A model generated the notes under the pieces. The model saw only the letters and a program-made list of their open reading frames with translations, searched no databases and was not told the DNA's origin. A program made the position numbers and the translations under genes. Shown here piece by piece: positions 49,442-59,125 of a stretch of DNA of 64,000 nt (position 1 is its first letter; each line of letters opens with the position of its first letter). Source of the stretch: Candidatus Latescibacterota bacterium (GTDB lineage Bacteria > Latescibacterota > UBA2968 > UBA8231); NCBI GenBank assembly GCA_965204725.1, contig OZ242005.1, forward strand, positions 4,800,001-4,864,000, written 5' to 3'.

Positions 49442-50205
49442 TAGCAATCGCCGGTCGCCTTCGTTAAACGTAGGAACAGGTCTTCCAATGTAGAGTCATT
49501 GGCTTTCTGTTGCAGTTCCCTCACCTTCACCTTGTCGTTCAATGATTCGGTTGAGGCGGAGAAGACTATCTTGCCTTTATGACAGATCGCTACCTTTTCA
49601 CACAATTCTTCCACTATGGGTAGAATATGGGACGTCAAGAAGACCGTCTTGCCTTTTCCAGCGGCATCCTTGAGGAGGTCCTTTATCATCTTGACCGACC
49701 GGGGATCGATTCCGGTAAAGGGTTCGTCGAGGAAGAGAAGTTCTGGGTCGTGCAGCAAAACCGCCGCCAGTGCCAGTTTCTTCTTCATCCCCGCGGAGTA
49801 GGTGCTGATCTGCGCGTCGCTAGCACTGCCTAGATCGAAAAGCTCTAGGAGATCGGCGGTACGTTGACGCAGTGTCGGCTTGTCGAGGCCGAACATCGCT
49901 CCGGAGAAATACAGATGTTCCTGGCCTGTGAGCGATTCGTAAAGGGCAAGGTCCTCGGCCATGATACCGATGCGCTTCTTGATCTCTGTCGCGTTGACCG
50001 TCATCTCTTCCCCCAGAATGTGAACCGTCCCCGCGCTAGGTGCCAAGAGCCCCGACAGCAAGTTGGTCAGCGTGGACTTTCCTGCCCCGTTTGGTCCGAT
50101 GAGTCCGAGTATCACCCCTGGAATAACGTCGATGTCGACATTGTCTATCGCCAAGAGTCTTCCGTATTTCTTTGTTAGTCCGACCGCACGAATTGCGTAT
50201 TCCAT
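49441..50205 (-). CDS. ABC-2 type ATP-binding protein
   Basis: GPNGAGKST, YSAGMKKKL, LDEPFTGID, TLEDLFLRLT. Confidence 0.93.
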   Translation of the reverse strand: MEYAIRAVGLTKKYGRLLAIDNVDIDVIPGVILGLIGPNGAGKSTLTNLLSGLLAPSAGTVHILGEEMTVNATEIKKRIGIMAEDLALYESLTGQEHLYFSGAMFGLDKPTLRQRTADLLELFDLGSASDAQISTYSAGMKKKLALAAVLLHDPELLFLDEPFTGIDPRSVKMIKDLLKDAAGKGKTVFLTSHILPIVEELCEKVAICHKGKIVFSASTESLNDKVKVRELQQKANDSTLEDLFLRLTKATGDC

Positions 50206-50248
50206 GAGACGACCTTCGTTTGCTTTATATTCTTCCAAAGCCCATTCT

Positions 50249-51853
50249 TTATGAGCAGAAACGGATGAGAAACAAGTCCCTTTTATCCAGCCACACCTCG
50301 GCTGCCTTCTGCAAAGTGAGAGTATAGAAAATCGCTGTGGTAATACACATAGCTGCTAGCAGCGACAGTAGGATTATCGGCTGCCTGACGACCTCGTGAA
50401 AGTAATACAGGCCCGCGCCAATTATTATAGCGGAAAGGCTCAGGCCTACTATGGCTAGAAAATCGGCCTGTAGAGAAAGGTAACGCCCGACGATGTTACC
50501 CGGTGAGAGCTTGAGCGGATAGAGTACAGAGGCTATGTTACCAATTAAGGTATGCAGCAGAGACAGGTACAGCATGATCAAGATGATCGCCAGCCTTTCG
50601 GACCAGTCGGTATGTCCCCAACTAAGGTAGAAGGTCCACGCCATACTCGGCCCTGCAATCGCCCCTTGGACAAGCAGATATGCTAGATTTTTACCGACTA
50701 GGATGGTTTTTGGCTGGATTGGAGCTAAAAAATTAAAGACGACTCCCGTAGATTCGAGACCGAAAATATTGTAGAAAATCGCATAGGGTATTACACATAT
50801 TGGCAATAACAACAGCAGTGAATAGGGGCCGACGACGACCCCTTTTGCGACGTGTATCAGAGGGATGGCAATGCCCCAAAGCAGGGTGGATAACAGAATG
50901 AGACGCAGCCGATTTTCGCGTAAGATATAAATCAATTCTTTGGCCGCGACGTTGGCCACTTGGCAGTTGAACAGCCCCTCGAACGCGCTGGTCAGTTTCT
51001 CGAACGTGTTGACATTGTATAAAATCGCCTCTCCCCCTTGAAGAGGCCGCTCGTACAATCTCTTCTTGAGCAGAAAATAGGCAATTATTCCACAGCTAAC
51101 GGCATAGACGATAAGGCCAACCGCTGGCCAGCCTGCGAGCCTGCCAGCGTGAAAACCAAGTAGCAGTTCGCTGACTAGGCCGGGAGGGGTCAAAACCCAA
51201 TACGCGGCAGAGTGGTTGATCGGGGCGATGAGAGTATCGATATCGACATAGTGTCCAAGCATCGAATAGACGGAACCGAGCAGGATAGCAGAGAAGAAGA
51301 TCAGCTTCCCACGATGCCTACTAAGCGACCGGATCAAGTCAGCCAGCAGCAGGCTAAGCATGTATACTAGCATGTGGTTGGCTAGCACGAATAGGGCGAT
51401 AATGAAAAGTAAACCGACTGCAGGAACGAGACCTTGCTTCATTCCATAGAGCGTACCTAGCCACACAGCAAGAAGATAAAAGATCAAAAGCCAAGGGTTG
51501 AAGAGCCCCAACGTTACATCGGCTGCGTAGAGTCTCCATAGCCTGTAAGGGAACCGGACTAGTCGGAACAGTCGAGACATATCGGGCGTGGATATACCTC
51601 GGAACAAGCCCAGCAGTACCCATGCTATGGACAGATAGGCAAAGGTGGCTAGTACCAAACGGGGCAGAATATATGCACCCTGGGTAGTTAGAAGTAGCTG
51701 AGTCGAATAGTAGAACTGAGTTATAAAAAAAATACCCCAGCTAATACCTAAAACGAGTACGGTGCCCATTAATAAACACCATGTCCTCTCCCTCTTTGCC
51801 CAGTTGAGCGAAGCGTGGTATTTCAACCAGAGTATATAGACGACCATCATCAT
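50249..51853 (-). CDS. Multi-pass ABC-2-type permease
   Basis: About 12 TM segments, LTPPG, KELIYILRE, NIFGLE, ILVGKN. Adjacent to the ATPase. Confidence 0.75.
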   Translation of the reverse strand: MMMVVYILWLKYHASLNWAKRERTWCLLMGTVLVLGISWGIFFITQFYYSTQLLLTTQGAYILPRLVLATFAYLSIAWVLLGLFRGISTPDMSRLFRLVRFPYRLWRLYAADVTLGLFNPWLLIFYLLAVWLGTLYGMKQGLVPAVGLLFIIALFVLANHMLVYMLSLLLADLIRSLSRHRGKLIFFSAILLGSVYSMLGHYVDIDTLIAPINHSAAYWVLTPPGLVSELLLGFHAGRLAGWPAVGLIVYAVSCGIIAYFLLKKRLYERPLQGGEAILYNVNTFEKLTSAFEGLFNCQVANVAAKELIYILRENRLRLILLSTLLWGIAIPLIHVAKGVVVGPYSLLLLLPICVIPYAIFYNIFGLESTGVVFNFLAPIQPKTILVGKNLAYLLVQGAIAGPSMAWTFYLSWGHTDWSERLAIILIMLYLSLLHTLIGNIASVLYPLKLSPGNIVGRYLSLQADFLAIVGLSLSAIIIGAGLYYFHEVVRQPIILLSLLAAMCITTAIFYTLTLQKAAEVWLDKRDLFLIRFCS

Positions 51854-51936
51854 ATTGGCGCAAATTCCTAAGTTGTGGCAGAAATCCCATTGCAGCCGTT
51901 CACTACGACGGTACGATATACCTAATAGCTGCACCG

Positions 51937-52002
51937 TCAGCAGCGAAGCTACCCCAGAGTCCTGACCCTAGGGTAGCTTCTAAGTTGCTGCGTCGCTGCT
52001 GA
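51937..52002 (-). terminator. Stem-loop downstream of the precursor gene
   Basis: Inner GAAGCTACCC/GGGTAGCTTC and outer TCAGCAGCGA/TCGCTGCTGA arms. No clear U-tract. Confidence 0.6.
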
Positions 52003-52065
52003 TACTGCTATAGTTATGATTCTGCGAGTAAGCCTAATTCGCAAAATCAAAACACCACGGTATTA

Positions 52066-52909
52066 GAAGCTATCTCATAAATACCGTAGCAGTATGAGGA
52101 TGCATCCGAGTTGTACAAAGCCGAGGTAGTTTTCAGCATAGTATTCGTATCGAACCACGATGCGGCGGAAGTTATGCAACCAAGCAAACAGTCTTTCTAT
52201 TTTCCAGCGTCTTTTGTAGCCCCGCAACCGCCGCCCGTCCTGGGTTTTGGCCTGCGTACGATTGCGGCGATGCGGCGCGATCATCTCAATGCCTTGGTCG
52301 GCCAGGCTCGCATCCAATCGATCCGAGTCGTAGGCTCGGTCCCCGATGAGTCGTTGCGGTCGGGGCTGGACCCATCGGTTTTCCAGGGTGGCTTCTACGA
52401 GGGTGACTTCGTGCGGCGAAGCACTTTGGATGAGTACGGCGATAGGAAGACCAGCGCGGTCTGCCACTGCCATGAGCTTCGTACCTTTGCCCCGCTTGGT
52501 CGGACCCACTTGGTCCCCCCTTTTTTCGCCGCGACAAACAGGCCATCGATGAAGCATTCGCTCACATCAAGGCCCCCGCGCTCATGCAAGTCGTGCGCGA
52601 GGGTGCGCAGAATATGTTCAAAGGTGCCATCAGACGACCACTGTTGGAATCGACGATGGCAGGTCTGGTAGGACGGATAGCGAGCAGGCAGGTCATGCCC
52701 AGGCGCCCCGGTGCGGAGAATCCACAGAATACCATTGAGCACCGCTCGGTTACAACGCCACGGACGACCCCGGCCATCGCGGCGTTTGGGACACGCCGGC
52801 AGCAGTGGGGACACTATCGACCACTGTTCGTCTGTAAGATCCATAAGAGATACCTCCGAAAGGGAATACCACTAACGTAGCACAGCCAGACTATTTATGA
52901 GATAGCTTC
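52066..52909 (-). mobile_element. IS5-family insertion sequence, copy 2 (844 bp, inverted relative to copy 1)
   Basis: Same IRs, TA flanks and length as copy 1; all ORF translations identical. Confidence 0.95.
52075..52844 (-). CDS. IS5 transposase, orfA/orfB (-1 frameshift)
   Basis: Translations identical to 42266-43035. Confidence 0.9.
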
Positions 52910-52921
52910 TAGCAAGACTGG

Positions 52922-53116
52922 CTAGAAGCAAGAAAAAGCGACGCTATGGACTGCTACGGAAACAGCGAAAGCACCGACTATGCCGCCCGTGGGGACGAAC
53001 GTGGCTACGCTAAGGCCGAGACCTAGAACGGACAATCCGCATTCGACCCCGTATCCGCACACAGACGCGTTTCCGCCATACGGACGCAACGTGCGTTTCC
53101 TCAAAGTACGGGTCAT
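52922..53116 (-). CDS. Putative bacteriocin/RiPP precursor peptide (64 aa)
   Basis: Strong AAGGAGGTG RBS. MTRTLRKRTLRPYGG-NASVCGYGVECGLSVLGLGLSVATFVPTGGIVGAFAVSVAVHSVAFSCF. Heads an export/processing gene run. Confidence 0.8.
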   Translation of the reverse strand: MTRTLRKRTLRPYGGNASVCGYGVECGLSVLGLGLSVATFVPTGGIVGAFAVSVAVHSVAFSCF

Positions 53117-53218
53117 ATCTATCACCTCCTTTCTATATTGGATTTGTGAATCCGTTCGGCGACCCGCGGGTCTGCAACTATGTAACTAGTATTAGACACG
53201 CGTCTACTGAACGGTTCA

Positions 53219-54673
53219 TTAAGTCAACCTGTGGGAGATGCCCATGCTTTGAAAAATAGCCTGGGCCGTAGCCTTGTATTCCGCAGCTGCATTAGTCCTC
53301 CCTTCTTGAGTGGCGATCTGAGACAAAGCTTCTAGTGCCTTGCCTTGGTCAATTCGACTGCCAACTTGCTCGCTCTTATGCAACACCTCTTGGCAACATG
53401 AAGCAGCCTTCTCGAAATGTCCCTGACTAGTATATACTGAGCTTAAGTAATGGCCTATCTGCATTTCTAAGGTAGGTAGGCCCATCTTATAGCATTGGTC
53501 TACGAACCGTCGGAGAGAGAGAATTGTCGCCTCCACATCACTTCCGCCGGACAGCATTGAGAGCAGGATTTCGCACTCTAGAGCCAAGGGACGCAACCCT
53601 GATTGCTGAGCTAGAGTCAGAGCCTTGGCCAAGAGCTCCTGAGCTTGGGCGGTAATTCCCAACCGCAACAGGCACCTGCCCCATGTCAAACGGCTTCTGA
53701 CTTGACCGCGCCTGTAGCGGAGGTGTTCCTCTAAGTCAATCGCCTCTGCGAAATAGCGGCCGCCGTTTTTCATGTCACCGCTGCTTAGATGCATTAGTCC
53801 GCGTAAGCCCAACACTCTCCCTTTGGCGTGAGCGTCGTCCAAGCTCTCGTATAGCTCTTGCGCTGCGTCAATGTGGTGGCTAGCGTCATTCCTCCCTTGC
53901 AAAAGCCATAGGTAGGCCAATTGCAGGTGCAGCCGGCCTACGACATTAATTCTCCGCCTGCTTATTTGGACCAGTGCTTCACGGAGCACCGTTTCGCCAT
54001 CGTGGAACTTGCCCATGGCCGTGAGCAATCCGCCTTTGACCAACGCTCTCGACGCGGCTGCCTCCACTGTATCCTGTCGTTTCGTGATGCTGTAAATTCC
54101 TTCGTCGCAAAGCTGGAGGCCTTGGTAGTATTGTCCGCGGTGCATGCAGAGAAGAGCTAATCGAGTCTTGACGAAATTCACGTGGTGGCCCTCGTCTTCC
54201 GTTTTCAATACGCCGGTCGCCTCTTCGAGACACCTGTTAGCCCCGGTCCAATCCCCCATATCTTGCAGGACTTGGGCGCGATTGATTTGTATCAGTCCTT
54301 GGAACTGCTCCCATCCGCGCTCTGCGGCGAGGTTTGCGGAACGAGAGAAGACAGCTTCGGCACTGTATAGATCGGATGTGAGGACACAGGCTACTCCTTG
54401 TGCCGCTTGGGCTATCAGGCTTGCGGTGGCCGTGTCGGAAGAAGCGTACAATTCCGCCGCTTCCTCGTATTTCTTAGCTGCGAAAGCCTCTTCGCCCCGC
54501 CGAAAACGATCGATTGCTAGTTCGTGCTTTGGCTCGGGTAGGGACTGTAATTCTTCCTGTAAGTCTTTTTCATTTGGCTTGAAAAACTGCTGACTATCGT
54601 CGGGTAGTTGAACTTCTGCGAAACCCTCTACCTCTTTCGCTTTCAGCTTGCGTATCCAGTGGTTCCTGATCAT
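53219..54673 (-). CDS. Soluble TPR-repeat protein (MalT/Rap-like helical repeats)
   Basis: Repeats such as NRAQVLQDMGDWTGANRCLEEA, LSSVYTSQGHFEKA, ALEALSQIATQEG. No signal peptide and no evident HTH. Confidence 0.8.
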   Translation of the reverse strand: MIRNHWIRKLKAKEVEGFAEVQLPDDSQQFFKPNEKDLQEELQSLPEPKHELAIDRFRRGEEAFAAKKYEEAAELYASSDTATASLIAQAAQGVACVLTSDLYSAEAVFSRSANLAAERGWEQFQGLIQINRAQVLQDMGDWTGANRCLEEATGVLKTEDEGHHVNFVKTRLALLCMHRGQYYQGLQLCDEGIYSITKRQDTVEAAASRALVKGGLLTAMGKFHDGETVLREALVQISRRRINVVGRLHLQLAYLWLLQGRNDASHHIDAAQELYESLDDAHAKGRVLGLRGLMHLSSGDMKNGGRYFAEAIDLEEHLRYRRGQVRSRLTWGRCLLRLGITAQAQELLAKALTLAQQSGLRPLALECEILLSMLSGGSDVEATILSLRRFVDQCYKMGLPTLEMQIGHYLSSVYTSQGHFEKAASCCQEVLHKSEQVGSRIDQGKALEALSQIATQEGRTNAAAEYKATAQAIFQSMGISHRLT

Positions 54674-55115
54674 ATGGTGCGTCCCTCAGTTTTAGCAGCC
54701 TTTCGCTTCTATGGTTGAAATCACTAAGAGAAACGAGCGCACGAAACAGAAGCCCGGCCCATGGAATTCCCCCACGCTTAGGACATTACTTCGGCTATCC
54801 GGTCCCGAGGGACGGTCGTTTTGCCCAAGCACTTGGGATTCAGCGGTTAGAGCCGGCATCTTCTAACTCCATGCGCTGAAAGGGAAGGCCCCGAGCACAA
54901 GTGGCTCAAGGTTGACTTTATCTGGGGAAGGTCCGCACCGCGCAACCGCGCATACCGGCGCACCCATAGCGGCTCCCAAGGCATACTCCGCTGTGGTAAT
55001 AGAGCCGTACAGACCGCTACCCACTCGGCACCGAATGGCTCGCCAAGGGTGAGCAAGGCGATCCTCCGGCCCTTGATGGGGCTTAAAAACTCGTAGCCTA
55101 GAGGTCGAAAATTGA

Positions 55116-55153
55116 GGGGGGGGGGGGGTAAGTCCTTGTCTTACAACGACTTA
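55116..55153 (-). repeat. 10-5-10 palindrome followed by C13 tract
   Basis: Minus strand TAAGTCGTTG-TAAGA-CAAGGACTTA, then 13 C. Confidence 0.75.
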
Positions 55154-55310
55154 CGACGATTTTCTTAGGTAAAATTTTAGGACTGGAAGCAGATGTAAAT
55201 ATCGCGGCGGGCTTTGCCGGCGGCAACGTCGTCGCAAATGTGGGGTGATTTCTCATCTTCCAGTTCGTCCGTACGATGGGCGGAACAGCAGGCTCCGCGT
55301 TAGGGCTATA

Positions 55311-55340
55311 AGCATAAGGAAACGCCAAAAGGCTTGTCAA
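55311..55340 (-). promoter_or_regulatory. Sigma70-like promoter pointing into the peptide cluster
   Basis: TTGACA-18 nt-TATGCT on the minus strand. Confidence 0.5.
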
Positions 55341-55442
55341 GAGAAAATTTAGCACATCCTGCCGCAAGCCGCGTCCCTTCCACGGCGATTGCGGCCGGCG
55401 GCCCATTTGCCTAATCTGAGTATTCTTCCCAAAGGAACGGCC

Positions 55443-55940
55443 ATGAGCCCCGAAGAACTCGACTATACCGAGTGGCGCGACAGCACGGGCGCACCGCTGA
55501 CGAAAAGGCCCGACCGGCTCGGCGTGGCGACCAACGGCTTTATCCGCGACAAGACCGGCAAAATCCTACTGCAACAGCGTGCGGACAACGGCTTTTGGGG
55601 CATGCCCGGCGGCCAAGTCGAACTCGGGGAATCCGTTGAGCAGGGCGTGGTGCGCGAAGTCCATGAGGAAACTGGCTTACAGGTGCGCGTTGAGCGGCTG
55701 ATTGGGGTGTACTCGGGGCTAGAAAGCTATCCGTTCATGCGCTATCCCAACGGCACCATCGTCCACTACCTCACCGTCGTCTTTGCCTGCGACCCGGTCG
55801 CCGGCGCGTTGCGGCTCTCGGCCGAAAGCACGGACCTCGGCTATTTTGCCGCCGATGCCCTGCCCGCCCAGACCTTGCTCTCGCACCGCATCCGCATTGA
55901 GGACGCCCTGACCGGCCTAGTGTACCCGTTTATTCGCTGA
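55443..55940 (+). CDS. NUDIX hydrolase
   Basis: GGQVELGESVEQGVVREVHEETGL Nudix box. Confidence 0.93.
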   Translation: MSPEELDYTEWRDSTGAPLTKRPDRLGVATNGFIRDKTGKILLQQRADNGFWGMPGGQVELGESVEQGVVREVHEETGLQVRVERLIGVYSGLESYPFMRYPNGTIVHYLTVVFACDPVAGALRLSAESTDLGYFAADALPAQTLLSHRIRIEDALTGLVYPFIR

Positions 55941-56028
55941 ATCCGCTGCTGTTGACCGCACTTTGCCCAACAGCAGATATTTCTTTTTCGCTCGCCCCAA
56001 CCTTCACCTCGCCAAGAAGAGGAACGAT

Positions 56029-57006
56029 ATGATCAAAATTGCCGAAGTTCTGCCCGATCACCCCACGCCGCTGTGGCGGATGGTCAAGCAATGCGGCGTC
56101 GACCACGTGGTCGGCGGCTTCTCCACCCCAGGCGACCCCGCCGACATCCATCCCGAGCAACGGCCTTGGAGCTACACCAACCTCGTGCGGCTAAAGACCG
56201 CGTTCAACGATGGCGGCTTCTCCCTCGACGTCATCGAGGCCCGCCCACCGCTCAACAAGGCCAAGCTCGGCCTCTCTGACCGCGACGAGGAGATCGAATA
56301 CGCCTGCGAGTTGATTCGCAACATGGGCCGGGTCGGCATTCCGGTCTGGTGCCCCGAGTGGATGCCCGTGCTCAACTGGACTCGCACCTCTATGGCGGCA
56401 CCCGGGCGCGGCGGCGCCATGGTAACCGGCTTTGACAACGAGCTGATGAAAAACGCGCCCCTGACCGACGCGGGCGTCGTCACCGAGGAACAGCTTTGGG
56501 ACAACCTGAAGTACTTCCTCGAAAAGGTCGTGCCGGTCGCCGAGGAAGCCGGCGTCAAACTCGCCATGCACCCGGACGACCCGCCGCTATCGCCCCTCCG
56601 CGGCATGGGGCGGATCATGCGCAGCGTCGAAAACTACCAGAAGCTCCTCGACCTAGTCCCCAGTCCAGCCAACGGGATATGTCTGTGCCAAGGCAACTTT
56701 ACCCTAATGACCGACAACTTGCCCGAAGTCATCCGCCACTTTGGCGACCGCATCTACTTCGTCCACTTCCGCGACGTGCGCGGCACACCCGAAAAATTCG
56801 TCGAGACCTTCCACGACGAAGGCAAAACCGACATGCGCGCCTGCATGGAAGCCTACCGCGACATTGGCTTTGAAGGCGTCCTGCGCCCCGACCACGTGCC
56901 GACGATGGAGGGCGACCGCAACGACAGCCCGGGCTATTCGTCGATCGGGCGCTTGTTTGCCATCGGCTACATTAAGGGGCTGCGCGAAGCCGTGTACGCG
57001 AATTAA
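56029..57006 (+). CDS. uxuA: Mannonate dehydratase family protein
   Basis: WMPVLNWTRT, QLWDNLKYFLEKVVPVAEEAGVKLAMHPDDPP, VHFRDV, RPDHVP, LFAIGYIKGL. Confidence 0.9.
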   Translation: MIKIAEVLPDHPTPLWRMVKQCGVDHVVGGFSTPGDPADIHPEQRPWSYTNLVRLKTAFNDGGFSLDVIEARPPLNKAKLGLSDRDEEIEYACELIRNMGRVGIPVWCPEWMPVLNWTRTSMAAPGRGGAMVTGFDNELMKNAPLTDAGVVTEEQLWDNLKYFLEKVVPVAEEAGVKLAMHPDDPPLSPLRGMGRIMRSVENYQKLLDLVPSPANGICLCQGNFTLMTDNLPEVIRHFGDRIYFVHFRDVRGTPEKFVETFHDEGKTDMRACMEAYRDIGFEGVLRPDHVPTMEGDRNDSPGYSSIGRLFAIGYIKGLREAVYAN

Positions 57007-57114
57007 AGCCTGCTGCTAGGCGAGTCGTGTAGTAAGCATTCCATCTATAAACGCGCCCGGCGTCGTCAGAGCCGCACGCGAGCGCATGGGCACACAACAG
57101 GAGGTCGTCACCGC

Positions 57115-57945
57115 GTGAAACTCTACTACAGCACCTATGGCATGAAGCAACTCGATGTTTTTGAAGCCTTGCCGCGCCTCGCGGACATGGGGTACGAGGG
57201 CATGGAAATCGCCGTCACCCCGGGCTGGCCGACCGAGCCGGCCAACATGGACGCGGCCGGGCGCACAAGGCTCGCCGACCTGTTCCGCCAGCTCGGCTTC
57301 CCGACGCCGGCACTCATGGCTCTGCTCTCGCCCTGCGTCGAGGGCGAGGGACGCGCTGCCGCGCTGGCGCAGTTCAGGGCGACCTTTGAACTGAGCCGGG
57401 CGCTTAGGCTCGACGACCGCCCAATGGTCGTCAGCACCACCCTCGGCCATCCCAAGCCCGCTTGGGAGACCGGCAAAGAGCGGATCGTCGAGCTAGTGCT
57501 CGAAGTGGCCGACATGGCCGCCGAATACGACGTCACCGTCGCCATCGAGCCACATGCCGGCGACGACTTTGAGACGCCGGAAAAGGCTGCTTGGCTCATG
57601 CAGCAAACCAACCACCCGCACCTCGGCCTCAATTTCGACTACAGCCACTTCTGGGTTGAGGGGATCGGCTTGCAGCGCTCGATTGACCTGAATCTCCAGT
57701 ACTCGGTCCACAATCACATCAAGGACGGCTATCTCGACGAGGAAGGACGGGTCCGCTATCTCCTGCCCGGCAGCGGCAAGTTGGACGTGACGGCTTACTG
57801 CAAAGCCATGCAAGACGCTGGCTGGAACAAGTACCTTTGCCCAGAGGTCACCGGCCAAATATGGAACGCACCTGGGTACGACGCTTGGAGCACAGCGCAA
57901 TTTTGCTACGACTCGCTGGACGCGGCGCGGCAGGCATTGCGCTGA
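57115..57945 (+). CDS. Sugar phosphate isomerase/epimerase (TIM barrel)
   Basis: GYEGMEI, AIEPH, NFDYSH, HIKD, PGSG. Confidence 0.88.
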   Translation: MKLYYSTYGMKQLDVFEALPRLADMGYEGMEIAVTPGWPTEPANMDAAGRTRLADLFRQLGFPTPALMALLSPCVEGEGRAAALAQFRATFELSRALRLDDRPMVVSTTLGHPKPAWETGKERIVELVLEVADMAAEYDVTVAIEPHAGDDFETPEKAAWLMQQTNHPHLGLNFDYSHFWVEGIGLQRSIDLNLQYSVHNHIKDGYLDEEGRVRYLLPGSGKLDVTAYCKAMQDAGWNKYLCPEVTGQIWNAPGYDAWSTAQFCYDSLDAARQALR

Positions 57946-57968
57946 GGACGAGTTGCCGACTTGCTGCC

Positions 57969-58916
<948 letters not shown>

Positions 58917-59125
58917 TCAGGGTGATAAAGTATAGTCAAATTATCGTATTGGGCGTGAGGCGATACTAGACCAGCGTCCTCATTTCCCGCTGGCCATCGG
59001 GCACCCCTTGCCATTTAGCAAGAGCTCGACATAATAACTGTAGGCCGAACAACCGCCGAAAGCATCGGATAAGTTGCTCGCTGCGCTCCCGATTCGGCGC
59101 GGCGTTGAACGAACAGGAGCATGAC

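Noticed and set aside
43045-52065. Segment already inverted between the IS copies
   Set aside because: The internal genes are co-oriented with the precursor, and joining the S8 end to the other flank gives GISKTG* rather than a restored domain.
53030-53065. Pediocin box (YGNGVxC) in the core, CGYGVEC
   Set aside because: Only G-x-G-V-x-C matches, and the cationic N-terminal sheet and typical leader of class IIa bacteriocins are absent.
43045-53116. Circular bacteriocin, lanthipeptide, sactipeptide or LAP cluster
   Set aside because: No DUF95/SpoIIM, LanB/C/M, radical SAM or YcaO gene is visible, and the core is not cationic. Enzymes lost beyond the IS truncation cannot be excluded.
54847-55406. 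Additional precursor ORFs upstream of the TPR gene
   Set aside because: The small ORFs there lack an RBS and show no similarity to the 64-aa precursor.
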